Source: Armatimonadota bacterium | GTDB lineage: Bacteria; Armatimonadota; Fimbriimonadia; Fimbriimonadales; GBS-DC | DNA: 64,000 nt | Direction of reading: 5' to 3' | Assembly: GCA_037445735.1 (NCBI GenBank) | Contig: JBBIJY010000008.1 | Span: forward strand, 40,486 to 104,485 | Shown here: piece by piece, positions 1-9,068 of the stretch | How the letters are laid out: the number at the start of each line of letters is the position of its first letter | Position numbering within the stretch: the stretch's first letter is position 1 | The notes under the pieces: model-generated | Seen by the model: the letters and a program-made list of their open reading frames with translations, nothing else | Database searches by the model: none | Told to the model about the DNA's origin: nothing | Made by a program: the position numbers and the translations under genes

Positions 1-147
1 GCGCCATGCACCATAGTAAAGCTCCGCCTGCACAATCGTACACAACGCTACCTCACTGGGCGCGATTGCCCTCAATCGCTCCCGTACCCGCGAGTGAGGA
101 GACCTCAGGTAGTCGATACAGGTGCTGGTGTCAAGAAGATACTTCAT
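1..147 (-). CDS. vapC: PIN-domain toxin (VapC family), runs off window edge
   Basis: Manual translation from ATG at 147: MKYLLDTSTCIDYLR...ALCTIVQAELYYGAWR, the typical PIN N-terminus (LLDT...E.YYG); overlaps the upstream small gene. Confidence 0.85.
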   Translation of the reverse strand, partial: MKYLLDTSTCIDYLRSPHSRVRERLRAIAPSEVALCTIVQAELYYGAWR

Positions 148-391
148 CGCTCTCGTCGAGTGAAGGACGAATTTCATAGTCCCCTGGTGAGGGGCGCTCG
201 AAGTCTCCTTCCCAGCGTCCGCAGGTGGTCTCAAAGAAGGCGTCCGGCCAGCGGGAGGCGGGGCAGGTCTTCACCGCCCGCGCCATCAGGAACACCTCAA
301 CCTCACCTGCGGGCAGAGTGGTTGGAACCTTCACCTCCAGCACGCCGTCGTCATCAACCCTCGCCGTGATGTGGATGCTCAGTGTGTCCAT
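131..391 (-). CDS. Putative antitoxin of the VapC toxin
   Basis: 86 aa, acidic C-terminus (WPDAFFETTCGRWEGDFERP), directly upstream of and overlapping the PIN gene by 17 nt. Confidence 0.7.
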   Translation of the reverse strand: MDTLSIHITARVDDDGVLEVKVPTTLPAGEVEVFLMARAVKTCPASRWPDAFFETTCGRWEGDFERPSPGDYEIRPSLDESDEVSS

Positions 392-470
392 ATCGCTGGA
401 ATTTTACCCCAGCGCAGAAACCCGCCCGCCGCGAATAAGTGAGCTTGCCGCAAGCGCAGGCGCACAAAAC

Positions 471-750
471 CCCCTCGCCCGAAGCATCAGGCGAGAGGGC
501 GTGGGGGCGAGAGCACAAAAAATTCTCTCTCCCCTGCAGGTGGGGGAGAGGGTACGGGTGAGGGGGCTAAGCCGCTTGCGCCTGCAAGAAACCCCTCACC
601 CCCAGCCCCTCTCCCACACTGTGGGAGAGGGAGGTCTAATCCCCTCCCCCGCAGGCGGGGGAGAGGGATTTTGAACACCCTCTCCCCTTTGGGGAGAGAG
701 CAGGGGTGAGGGGCATCCTTTCCTCTGGTTGGATTTTTCGAACAGCCTCA
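471..750. repeat. Cluster of C/G-rich palindromic repeats (CCCTCACCC..CCCTCTCCC-loop-GGGAGAGGG) ending in a MITE-like terminus
   Basis: About five hairpin units; 593-631 identical to 39165-39203; 722-750 identical to 60312-60340. Confidence 0.85.
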
Positions 751-911
751 GGAGGTCAGGGGCAAATTCCAGGCAAAATGCGGGACTCGCACGCCCGGAA
801 AGCATCCCAGCATTACGGGGATGTTCCCGAAGTCGTGCGGACACAGCGTGCAGGAAGGGGGGCATCTTTGAAGCGCAGGTGGCGCCGTTTCTGGCGAACT
901 TTTGCCCCTCT

Positions 912-2477
912 CTACCGTTGCAGACGCGGGAAGAGAGGTTTCGGCGGCTGGAGCGGATGACCCGCGGGCAGGGGCGCACCGCCGTGCGCCCCTACCTCCA
1001 GCTCGCTCCAGCGCGGCACCTCCGGCAGGTTCAGAAAGGCAGCCATCGCACGGGCGACCGCCGGCATCACGGGTTCCACCAGCATGCAGAGCAGGCGCAC
1101 CGCCTCCAGCCCCGCGTACAGCACTGTCCCCGCCCGCTGAGTCTCACCCGCCTTCATCAGCGACCAGGGCGCCTGCTCGTCATAATAGCGGTTGACCGTT
1201 GCGATAATCTCCCACGCTTCGCGCAGCCCGCGCGGGAAATCGACCGCCTCGTACGCCTCCGCCACCCGCGCCACCTGCTGACGGAACACCGCCACCAGCC
1301 CATCGTCCACCTGAGCCCCTGAAGGCACACGCCCCTCAAAGTAGCGATGCACCATCGACAGCGTGCGATGCACCAGATTGCCCAGGTCGTTCGCGAGGTC
1401 GCCATTATAGCGCGTCTCCAGCCCCAGCAGGCTGAACTCGGCGTCCGAATCGGTGGGCATCTCGCGCAGCATATAGTAGCGGAAGGCGTCGACCGCGCAG
1501 GGCAGCTCGCAGCCGGACGCCTGCGCGAGCATCTGCGCCACCTCTAACGGCGCATACACATTCCCCAGCGACTTGGACATCTTCTGCTGGTTCACCACCC
1601 ACCAGCCGTGCCCATAGAGGCGAACGGGCAACGGGATGCCCAGCGCCATCAGCATCGCGGGCCAGATGGTCGCGTGGAAGCGAGGCAAAATATCTTTGCC
1701 CATCAGCTGCAAATCGGGTGGCCAGATATCGAGATAGTCCTCGCCGCGCTCCAGCCAGTTGGTCGCGGTGAGGTAGTTCAGCAGGGCATCGAACCACACA
1801 TAGACCACCGCGCCGCTCTCGTCGTCGGGCACGGGCACGCCCCAGTCGGTGCCCGAGCGGCTCACTGCCACATCCTGAAGCCCTTCAGCGATAAAGCCCA
1901 GCGTCTCGTTGCGCCGTACTTCTGGCTGAACGAACTCAGGGTGGCTCCCAATATGCTCGCGCAGGCGCGATTCGTAAGCGGAGAGTCGAAAGTAGTAGCA
2001 CGGCTCATCGCGCCACTCCAGCGGCTTGCCGCAGTCGGGGCACGCTCGCTCCGCGCCAATCTTGCTGGATGCCCAGAAGGTCTCGCACGAGATGCAGTAC
2101 CAGCCCTGATAGCTGCCCCTGTAAATATCGCCCTGCTCGCGCAGGCGGCGGAACACCGCCTCCACCGTGCGCTTATGGCGCTCTTCGGTCGTGCGGATGA
2201 ACACATCGTACTCGATATGCAGTGCCTGCCAGGTGCGGGCGAACACCTCCGCCATCTCGTCCACGAACTGCTGGGTCGGCTTGCCCTGCTCCTGCGCGAC
2301 GCGATGCACTTTGGGCGCGTTTTCGTCCGTGCCCGTGAGAAAATAGACCGCGCGCCCGCGCCGCTTCTGGAACCGTGCGCAGGCATCCGCCACAATCGTG
2401 GTGAGCGCCGTGCCGATGTGCGGCGCGCTGTTCACATAGTAAATCGGCGTCGTGATGTAATAGCACCGTTTGCCCAT
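912..2477 (-). CDS. metG: Methionine--tRNA ligase (short form, no C-terminal tRNA-binding domain)
   Basis: YITTPIYYVN..PHIG, FLTGTDE, CxxC/CxxC knuckle, YVWFDAL, KMSKS; start taken at MGKRCYY (2477). Confidence 0.96.
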   Translation of the reverse strand: MGKRCYYITTPIYYVNSAPHIGTALTTIVADACARFQKRRGRAVYFLTGTDENAPKVHRVAQEQGKPTQQFVDEMAEVFARTWQALHIEYDVFIRTTEERHKRTVEAVFRRLREQGDIYRGSYQGWYCISCETFWASSKIGAERACPDCGKPLEWRDEPCYYFRLSAYESRLREHIGSHPEFVQPEVRRNETLGFIAEGLQDVAVSRSGTDWGVPVPDDESGAVVYVWFDALLNYLTATNWLERGEDYLDIWPPDLQLMGKDILPRFHATIWPAMLMALGIPLPVRLYGHGWWVVNQQKMSKSLGNVYAPLEVAQMLAQASGCELPCAVDAFRYYMLREMPTDSDAEFSLLGLETRYNGDLANDLGNLVHRTLSMVHRYFEGRVPSGAQVDDGLVAVFRQQVARVAEAYEAVDFPRGLREAWEIIATVNRYYDEQAPWSLMKAGETQRAGTVLYAGLEAVRLLCMLVEPVMPAVARAMAAFLNLPEVPRWSELEVGAHGGAPLPAGHPLQPPKPLFPRLQR

Positions 2478-2562
2478 CGCTATCCCGATAGAGTTTACCT
2501 GCTGGCGATGGGGTATAATACTGCTGGCTGCAACTCCACACGGGCAGCCGAAAGGAGGATCA

Positions 2563-4089
2563 ATGATGATGAACCGATGGCTTCTGGCAACGGTTAGCAT
2601 GCTGGGCGCGCTCAGCATCGCCCTTGCGCAACCGCGCGTCGTGATCAACGAGTTCGCCTACGACGATACGGGCACTGACGATGTGGAGTTCGTCGAACTC
2701 TATAACGCCGATACGGTGCCGGTGGACATTTCGGGCTGGGTGCTGGAAAGCGGCGACCTGGTATCGGGTGATAACAACGCCGACTACACCATCCCCGCAG
2801 GCACGGTGCTTCAACCCGGCGACTACTATGTGATTGGCTCCGGGAATGTGCCGAATGTGGACCTTGTGGTGGGTGCCAACAACCTGTTCGAGAACGATAA
2901 CGAGTGGACGGCTCTCAGGATGCCTGACGGCACGGTGGTGGATGCGATTGCCTATGAGACCAATAAGAACCCCGATCTCACTGCGTGGGTGCCTGCCGCC
3001 GTGATTCCGCAGCTGGGTCGGGGCATCTGGGGCAACTACATCACTTTGCAAGCCAGCACCTCCACGGATAACACCCTGCTCTCGCTTCAGCGCTGGAAGG
3101 ATGGGCTGGACACCAACGATAACGGGCGCGACTTCGGGCATATGCCCTGGACGCCCGGCGCATCCAATAACACCACCCCCACGCCCTTCACGCAAAACTT
3201 TAATGCGCTCAATGTGTATGACCTCGTGCCGAACCTGAGCGGCGCGTTCCGCGCCCCGCGCGTGATCGACCCGACCCAGTGGGATGGCACCTACACCACC
3301 ACGCCAAACCCGAACTCAATCCCCTACTCGCCCGATGGCGGCAACGCGATGATCGCCTGGGACTGGGCAGGCGGCGGCAACATGGCAACCTCCACCTTCG
3401 CCTTCCAGAACCGCGCCGGCTATGAACTCTATATCTACATCGATAACACCCAGCCCATTCCGGGCGAATTAGAATCGTGGATAATCGGGCTGATGGGCAC
3501 TGCCGATTCGTTCTATAATATCCCGTTCCGATATCTGGTGAATGCATGCGGTGTGACAGGTGTCGGCTGGCTGTTCAAACGCGCGAACACCACCAGCGAC
3601 GAGGTGGCGGTGAAGCTGCGCCTCGTCGATGCGGGTCCGGGCGGCGACAGCAATCCACAGGGCACGATGCAGTGGACAACCTTTGGCGAGATCGACCTGA
3701 GCAGCATTACGCCCGGCTGGTATCGCCTGCGTCTGGAAGTGAAGGGCAACAAGGTGCGCGGTATCTTCGGCGGCACCTACGGCTCCTCTTCTGACGGCAC
3801 GATTATTGAGGGCACCACCAGCGGCTGGATCGGCGCGTTTTACATCGGCTACCGTGAAGTCTACGCCACCGACCAGTTCGCCAATCCCGTACGCATCGAC
3901 GCGCTGAACCTGTTCATCCCCGTCGATGGCGATGTGGATGGCAACGGCTGTGTGGATGACGCCGACCTGCTGGAGGTGCTGTTCGCCTTCGGGCAGACAG
4001 GTGCCTCACGCGCCGATGTGAACGGCGATGGCACAGTCGACGACGCCGACCTGCTGACCGTGCTGTTCGACTTCGGCAGCGGCTGTTAG
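2563..4089 (+). CDS. Secreted lamin-tail-domain protein with C-terminal dockerin-like tail
   Basis: RBS AAGGAGG; signal peptide; VVINEF..D..EFVELYN..VDISGWVL (LTD); C-terminal duplicated EF-hand GDVDGNGCVDDADLL..DVNGDGTVDDADLL..FGSGC; TATAAT at 2514-2519. Confidence 0.85.
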   Translation: MMMNRWLLATVSMLGALSIALAQPRVVINEFAYDDTGTDDVEFVELYNADTVPVDISGWVLESGDLVSGDNNADYTIPAGTVLQPGDYYVIGSGNVPNVDLVVGANNLFENDNEWTALRMPDGTVVDAIAYETNKNPDLTAWVPAAVIPQLGRGIWGNYITLQASTSTDNTLLSLQRWKDGLDTNDNGRDFGHMPWTPGASNNTTPTPFTQNFNALNVYDLVPNLSGAFRAPRVIDPTQWDGTYTTTPNPNSIPYSPDGGNAMIAWDWAGGGNMATSTFAFQNRAGYELYIYIDNTQPIPGELESWIIGLMGTADSFYNIPFRYLVNACGVTGVGWLFKRANTTSDEVAVKLRLVDAGPGGDSNPQGTMQWTTFGEIDLSSITPGWYRLRLEVKGNKVRGIFGGTYGSSSDGTIIEGTTSGWIGAFYIGYREVYATDQFANPVRIDALNLFIPVDGDVDGNGCVDDADLLEVLFAFGQTGASRADVNGDGTVDDADLLTVLFDFGSGC

Positions 4090-4276
4090 CCCTCACCCCC
4101 TGCCCTCTCTCCCACGCAGCGGGAGAGGGGGTTCCGAAGCCCTCTCCCCCTTCAGGAGGGTACGGGTGAGGGGGCTTTGCACCTCTGTGCTGGGGATAAG
4201 TCCCTCACCCCCTGCCCCTGCTCCCGAAGCTTCGGGAGGGGCTGAAGCCCTCTCCCCTTGAAGGGGCTGGGTGAGA
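4089..4276. repeat. Two composite palindromic repeat elements
   Basis: GCCCTCACCCCC...GGGTACGGGTGAGGGGGC (4089-4176) and a degenerate second unit (4201-4276), same family as 471-750. Confidence 0.85.
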
Positions 4277-4307
4277 TGGGTATAATCTTCTGACAGGGGA
4301 GCGAACG

Positions 4308-5096
4308 ATGAAAACAAGGGGCTTTACGCTGATTGAGCTGCTGGTCGTGATCGCGATCATCGCCATCCTGGCGGCGATCCTGTTCCCCGTGTTCGCACAG
4401 GCACGCAACAAGGCTCGTCAGACCGCCTGCATCAGCAACATCCGCCAGTGCTGGCTGGCGCTAACGATGTACCGGGACGACCACGACAGCGTGTATCCCT
4501 ATGGCGTCGATGTGAATCTGTCCGAGCGAATCGATAGCTGCGCTCGCTGGAACCGCTCCCAGCTGATTCTCACCTGGGAGGGGCCCAATCTGCCTCGCCA
4601 GGGTTCACCGGTGGGCTGCATCGTTTTCGGCACTGCATTCCCTGTCTGGCTGCCGACCGCTCAAGGACGCCGCCCCATTATCGAGCCGTATTTGAAGGAC
4701 AATAAGGTTATCTACTGCCCGAATGTGCCTCAATGCTGGATCGAGGGCAACTGTCCAAACCCGATAGAGCGCTATATCGTGAATGGGCAGCTTTATGAGA
4801 CCTACATGTACGCCCCTGAACGCTCCCGTGGACGCTCCAGCTACTACTATCCAAACTATGAGTGGGGCGCCTTTTTCTATACTGGCTCCTCACGCGATGA
4901 GGCACACACACTGGCAGAGCAAAACCTGATCTGGGGGCGCTCAGGCGATACGCTGGACGAACGGGTGCGCATCCTGCTGGATAACTACCTGCGGGCACAG
5001 CGCCATATTGACAGCCATGGGCATCATACGATGGTATCCGTCTTTCAGAACGGTTCCACCAAAGTCTGGAAGTGGTATCAGGACGAGCGCCCATGA
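4308..5096 (+). CDS. Prepilin-type N-terminal cleavage/methylation protein (DUF1559-like), degenerate C-terminal motif
   Basis: [42 protein letters not shown]-terminus [12 protein letters not shown] instead of canonical DGH; TATAAT 4281-4286. Confidence 0.9.
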   Translation: MKTRGFTLIELLVVIAIIAILAAILFPVFAQARNKARQTACISNIRQCWLALTMYRDDHDSVYPYGVDVNLSERIDSCARWNRSQLILTWEGPNLPRQGSPVGCIVFGTAFPVWLPTAQGRRPIIEPYLKDNKVIYCPNVPQCWIEGNCPNPIERYIVNGQLYETYMYAPERSRGRSSYYYPNYEWGAFFYTGSSRDEAHTLAEQNLIWGRSGDTLDERVRILLDNYLRAQRHIDSHGHHTMVSVFQNGSTKVWKWYQDERP

Positions 5097-5168
5097 AGCC
5101 TTATTAACTGCAACCGTTCGGGGACACGATATTTGCACGCCCACGAACCCCTCTTGCCACCCATCAAA

Positions 5169-5221
5169 GCAGGAATCGCCCCGGAGGTGGGGTATAATAG
5201 AAGGTGATTGAAGCGCTTCAA
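5169..5221 (+). promoter_or_regulatory. Promoter (GCAGGA...GGGGTATAAT) with LacI-type palindrome TTGAAGCGCTTCAA
   Basis: TATAAT 5193-5198; perfect 14-bp palindrome 5208-5221; near-identical layout at 19939-19989. Confidence 0.75.
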
Positions 5222-5265
5222 AAGCGTGGGCAACCCACCACCGAAGCGCGAGGGAGGCTCAAACG

Positions 5266-6069
5266 ATGAGGCGAAGGGGCTTTACGCTGATTGAGCTGCT
5301 GGTCGTCATCGCGATCATCGCCATCTTAGCGGCGATGCTGTTCCCGGTGTTCGCGCAGGCGCGCGAAAAAGCGCGTCAAATCACCTGCACCAGCAACGAT
5401 AAACAGATGGGCATGGCAACGATGATGTACCTCAACGACTATGACCAGCTCTGGTTCCCTGCCTGGGTGGAAGTGCCCGGACCTGGCAACGGGCACTGGT
5501 TCTTCAAAATCTCGCCTTATATCAAATCGGGCACTGGCGCCGACTGGAGTACCTATCGCCGCGACCGCAATGTGGAGATTCGCATCTGCCCGTCGGGTGT
5601 CGCCATCGCTTTCAACTACAGCATGAACGGGCATATCAGCCTTCTGCGCCAGGACTGCCCTCTGGGTCCTTACACCTGCTACGACCCCGATTCGGAAGCC
5701 ATCTTCACCCACCCTGCCGAGACGATTATTTATGGCGATGCGACTCAGCTGGAGGGCTGGGACTGGGCGTCGTCGGCGAACTTCTGCTGGTGGCCGTCGC
5801 AGGCGACCTGCTGGAACGGCGGGCGGTTCCCGCAGGGCGATGAGGACCCGCTCTGGCGGATTGTGGATCGCGACCTGCCCGCCTCCGTGTGCAATCCGCG
5901 ACAGAGGGACTGCTCGAATCTCGGCTACGGGCAGGTACGCTATCGTCATCAGCGGTTCGCTGTGTTCGTCTTCGCGGATGGGCACGCCAAAGCGATTCGA
6001 CGCGGCGCCGTCAAAGTGCCCTGGAACTGGTCAATCACCGCCCAGCACGAGAACGACTGGGCACGGTGA
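5266..6069 (+). CDS. Prepilin-type DUF1559-like protein with H-X9-DG C-terminal motif
   Basis: [59 protein letters not shown]. Confidence 0.92.
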   Translation: MRRRGFTLIELLVVIAIIAILAAMLFPVFAQAREKARQITCTSNDKQMGMATMMYLNDYDQLWFPAWVEVPGPGNGHWFFKISPYIKSGTGADWSTYRRDRNVEIRICPSGVAIAFNYSMNGHISLLRQDCPLGPYTCYDPDSEAIFTHPAETIIYGDATQLEGWDWASSANFCWWPSQATCWNGGRFPQGDEDPLWRIVDRDLPASVCNPRQRDCSNLGYGQVRYRHQRFAVFVFADGHAKAIRRGAVKVPWNWSITAQHENDWAR

Positions 6070-6160
6070 AGCAGGAGCGCCGCCATCAGCCTGCACTCCC
6101 CACCATGCTGGAAGGAATTGCAGGCTGAACGGCTAAACAGAGTGTGCGGAGGGAACAGCG

Positions 6161-6409
6161 ATGCTCAGGCAAGAGATACCGACGCCTGTGGCGATAGGGA
6201 TTATCGTCGTGGTATTGTTGATTGTGGGCTTTCTGGTCTATCGGTTTGTGTTTGCGCCTGCGCCCACCGTGAGCACCATTCCGGAGGTGCAGATGCCGTC
6301 GCCCAGCGCGACGGCGCCGCCGGCTCCGGGAGGTCAGCCGCAGGCGCCTGCGAATGACCCGACCCGTGCGCCTTTCACACCGCCGCCGAACTACGGCGCA
6401 CCGCGATAG
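6161..6409 (+). CDS. Small single-pass membrane protein with Pro-rich tail
   Basis: QEIPTPVAIGIIVVVLLIVGFLVYRF TM helix, Pro/Ala/Gly-rich C-terminus, RBS GGAGG, follows the prepilin gene. Confidence 0.75.
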   Translation: MLRQEIPTPVAIGIIVVVLLIVGFLVYRFVFAPAPTVSTIPEVQMPSPSATAPPAPGGQPQAPANDPTRAPFTPPPNYGAPR

Positions 6410-6424
6410 AGCGCTAACAGGCGT

Positions 6425-7099
6425 TCAGGTGTTCTCCTCAACGCCCAGCTCGCGCAGCCGCTGGGCTAACTGCTCGGCGCGCTGACGCTCCTGCTCGGCG
6501 CGGGCAATCGCTTCCTGCAGCGCCTGCTTGACCGCTTCAAATCGCACGAAACGGTTGCCCTCCGCGTCGTACACGCCAGGGTCGTCTCCTTCACCGCGTT
6601 CGAACCGAATCCCCAGCAGGGGGCTGACCCAGCCCTCCATGTTCTCGATTGGCTCCAGGAAATCGCCCTTGCGAATCGCGCCGTACCACTGACCTGTGTC
6701 GGGATCGTAGATGTAGTACTCCTGCACGCCGAAACGGTCGTAGAAAGCGTGCTTGAAGCCCCAATCTGCCAGCGTGTTGCCGGGTGAGACGACCTCGAAC
6801 ACCACCTGGGGCGCGACGCCACCCTCTTCCCACTGTTTGTAGGAGCCGCGATGCCCCTTCGGGCGCCCAATCACCACCATCACATCGGGCGCCGTGCGAA
6901 TATCGGGGCGACCCTCCACCGGGTACCAGAACAGATCCATCGCCACGAACACATCCGCGCGACTGGCAAACATCGCTTCCAGATTATCTTTCAGCAGGGT
7001 CATCACATTCGCCTGTATCGTGTTACTCGCCATCGGTTGACCGTCCGTCTCCGGGTAGACAATCCCGGCTTTTAGCGCTTCGGATGCCGTCGCTTGCAT
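6425..7099 (-). CDS. Uma2 (DUF820) family endonuclease
   Basis: YPETDGQPMA, APDVMVV, PQVVFEVVSPGN, GVQEYYIYDP, coiled-coil ending LRELGV. Confidence 0.92.
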   Translation of the reverse strand: MQATASEALKAGIVYPETDGQPMASNTIQANVMTLLKDNLEAMFASRADVFVAMDLFWYPVEGRPDIRTAPDVMVVIGRPKGHRGSYKQWEEGGVAPQVVFEVVSPGNTLADWGFKHAFYDRFGVQEYYIYDPDTGQWYGAIRKGDFLEPIENMEGWVSPLLGIRFERGEGDDPGVYDAEGNRFVRFEAVKQALQEAIARAEQERQRAEQLAQRLRELGVEENT

Positions 7100-7189
7100 C
7101 GCTCATCACCCCCATCAGTATACCTCGTGTTGTCGGGAACGCCAGATTCAGCCACCCTGAGCTGCAACTAATCAGCACGCGCAGAGAGG

Positions 7190-7627
7190 TTAGCCAGTAT
7201 CTGCCTCCTTTCGCGGAACCTGATACCGACCCGCTCGGATTAGAAGCTCACGCTCGGCAATCCGCGAAGGGTGATTTAGGCCAAGCAACCTGACGGTCGC
7301 CTCACCAACTTTGGTCAAAGGAACGATATAAGCACCATCCAGTCGGAAGTGATCCTGCCAGCGGTCGCGTCGGGGATTAAAAAGTCGCACGGGGTAATCA
7401 GCGTCATCTATGATAGTTGCTATGTCGGTACCCTTTGCGTAGTTGCAAAAGGCACATGCATAAGCAAGATTATCGAGGGTATCGGTGCCGCCATGTTTGA
7501 GGCTGATGATATGCTCAACCTGGCAACCATAGAAGGTATCGCTTTCATGAATCTGACAATATTCACAACGATAGCCTGCGCGTTCAGCCACTACAGCGCG
7601 GAGCTTTGCAGAGATTTTACGCCTCAT
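7190..7627 (-). CDS. HNH endonuclease
   Basis: RAGYRCEYC, VEHIISLKHGG..DNLAYACAFCN..KG, LFNPRRDRWQDHF. Confidence 0.92.
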   Translation of the reverse strand: MRRKISAKLRAVVAERAGYRCEYCQIHESDTFYGCQVEHIISLKHGGTDTLDNLAYACAFCNYAKGTDIATIIDDADYPVRLFNPRRDRWQDHFRLDGAYIVPLTKVGEATVRLLGLNHPSRIAERELLIRAGRYQVPRKEADTG

Positions 7628-7857
7628 AGATTGTTTATCAACTCTTGCGCTCTGGCTTTCGCCAAACGAAACAGATGTTCAATCACCAGATAGTTTTCTA
7701 ACTCTTCCTCTTCTTCAGGGGTCAGCGCCGATTCGCGGCGGCGTTTCAGCAGGTCTTCCAGCCGTTGTCGTGATACTTCCGATGGACGGAAGTTGACCAC
7801 TTCCTTCGGGCTGAGCCGCGCAATAAACTCCACCAGCTCCTCGTAAACTTTAGGCAT
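7624..7857 (-). CDS. Small helical protein coupled to the HNH gene (antitoxin-like)
   Basis: Charged 77-aa ORF (RLEDLL..LTPEEEEELE), overlaps the HNH start by 4 nt; TACAAT 7 nt upstream of ATG 7857. Confidence 0.75.
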   Translation of the reverse strand: MPKVYEELVEFIARLSPKEVVNFRPSEVSRQRLEDLLKRRRESALTPEEEEELENYLVIEHLFRLAKARAQELINNL

Positions 7858-7915
7858 CGCCAATATTGTACCCAGCTCCCCACATGGGAGGAGCGAGCCA
7901 TGATGAGGGGTACCC

Positions 7916-8950
7916 CTATTTGCTGGCGAAGGGCGCCAGCGCGGTTCGAATCGCCTGTATCTTCGCCATCAGCTCGGCGAACTCATCGGGTCGCAACGAT
8001 TGGGCGCCGTCGGAGAGCGCGCGTTCTGGTTGCGGATGCACCTCGATCAGCAAGCCGTCCGCGCCCGCTGCCACCGCCGCCAGCGCGACGGCAGGCACAT
8101 AGCGGGCGTGCCCGATTCCGTGGCTGGGATCCACAATCACAGGCAGATGCGAATGGTAGCGCAAAATGGGCACCGCATTGATGTCCAGCGTATGGCGGGC
8201 GTAGGTGCGGTCGATGGGCACGATCCCGCGCTCGCACAGCATCACCTGCTCGTTGTCCTGCATCAGCAGGTACTCGGCGGCGGCGAGCCACTCGTCGATG
8301 GTGGCGTGCGGCGCGCGCTTGAGCAATACGGGCTTGCCCGAACGCCCCGCCGCCACCAGCAGCGGGAAGTTCTGCATGCTTCGCGCCCCAATCTGCAGAA
8401 TATCCACATACTCCGCCACCAGCTCCACATCGTGTGGGTCCAGCACCTCGCTCACGGTCGGGATGCCCACTTCCTCACTCACGGCTTTTAAGATTTCCAG
8501 CCCTTCGCGTTGAAGACCCTGGAACGAGTAGGGCGAGGTGCGCGGTTTGTACGCGCCGCCGCGCAGGATGCTGGCGCCCGCCGCTTTCACCGCCCGCGCC
8601 GCGCTCAGCGTCTGCTCATAGCTCTCCACCGCGCACGGACCCGCCATCACCACGAAGTGCCCCGCGCCGATGCGCACCTCGCCGACGCGCACCTCCGTGT
8701 CATGCGGATGGAAATCGCGCGAGGCGAGCTTGTACGGGCGCGACACATGCACCACCTGGTCCACGCCGGGCATCGCCGACAGAATCTCGTCCAGCAGCGG
8801 GCGCAGGTTCGGCGGAATCGCGCTCGGTATGCCCACCGCCGTGCGCTCGCCACCCGGCAACGGCTGCGCCTTCAGCCCATGCGACTCGATGGTCTGAACC
8901 ACCGCCTGAATCTGCTCTTCCGTTGCTTCCTTCCGCATCAGCACAATCAT
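7916..8950 (-). CDS. aroF: 3-deoxy-7-phosphoheptulonate (DAHP) synthase, type I-beta with N-terminal regulatory domain
   Basis: MAGPCAVES, LRGGAYKPRTSPYSFQG, QIGARSMQNF, VDPSHG, DGLLIEVHP; start MIVLM at 8950. Confidence 0.95.
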   Translation of the reverse strand: MIVLMRKEATEEQIQAVVQTIESHGLKAQPLPGGERTAVGIPSAIPPNLRPLLDEILSAMPGVDQVVHVSRPYKLASRDFHPHDTEVRVGEVRIGAGHFVVMAGPCAVESYEQTLSAARAVKAAGASILRGGAYKPRTSPYSFQGLQREGLEILKAVSEEVGIPTVSEVLDPHDVELVAEYVDILQIGARSMQNFPLLVAAGRSGKPVLLKRAPHATIDEWLAAAEYLLMQDNEQVMLCERGIVPIDRTYARHTLDINAVPILRYHSHLPVIVDPSHGIGHARYVPAVALAAVAAGADGLLIEVHPQPERALSDGAQSLRPDEFAELMAKIQAIRTALAPFASK

Positions 8951-9068
8951 CGTCGACTCCCCTCTATCACACAGCTGGCTTCCCAAGTATACCCTGCCCA
9001 ATAACCATGAGCGCACAGGTATCTGATCACCGCATGAGGACGGCGGGTATATTCACTTTGGGCAGCAA

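Noticed and set aside
471-750. CRISPR array
   Set aside because: Units vary in sequence and orientation, there is no regular repeat-spacer period and no cas gene
225-1322. ORFs 225-674, 487-678, 596-979, 729-1322
   Set aside because: Translations of repeat DNA or antisense to metG and the antitoxin
7940-7956. tRNA T-loop-like GGTTCGAATC (also GGTTCGAACC near 41902)
   Set aside because: Inside aroF and ppx coding sequence, no cloverleaf
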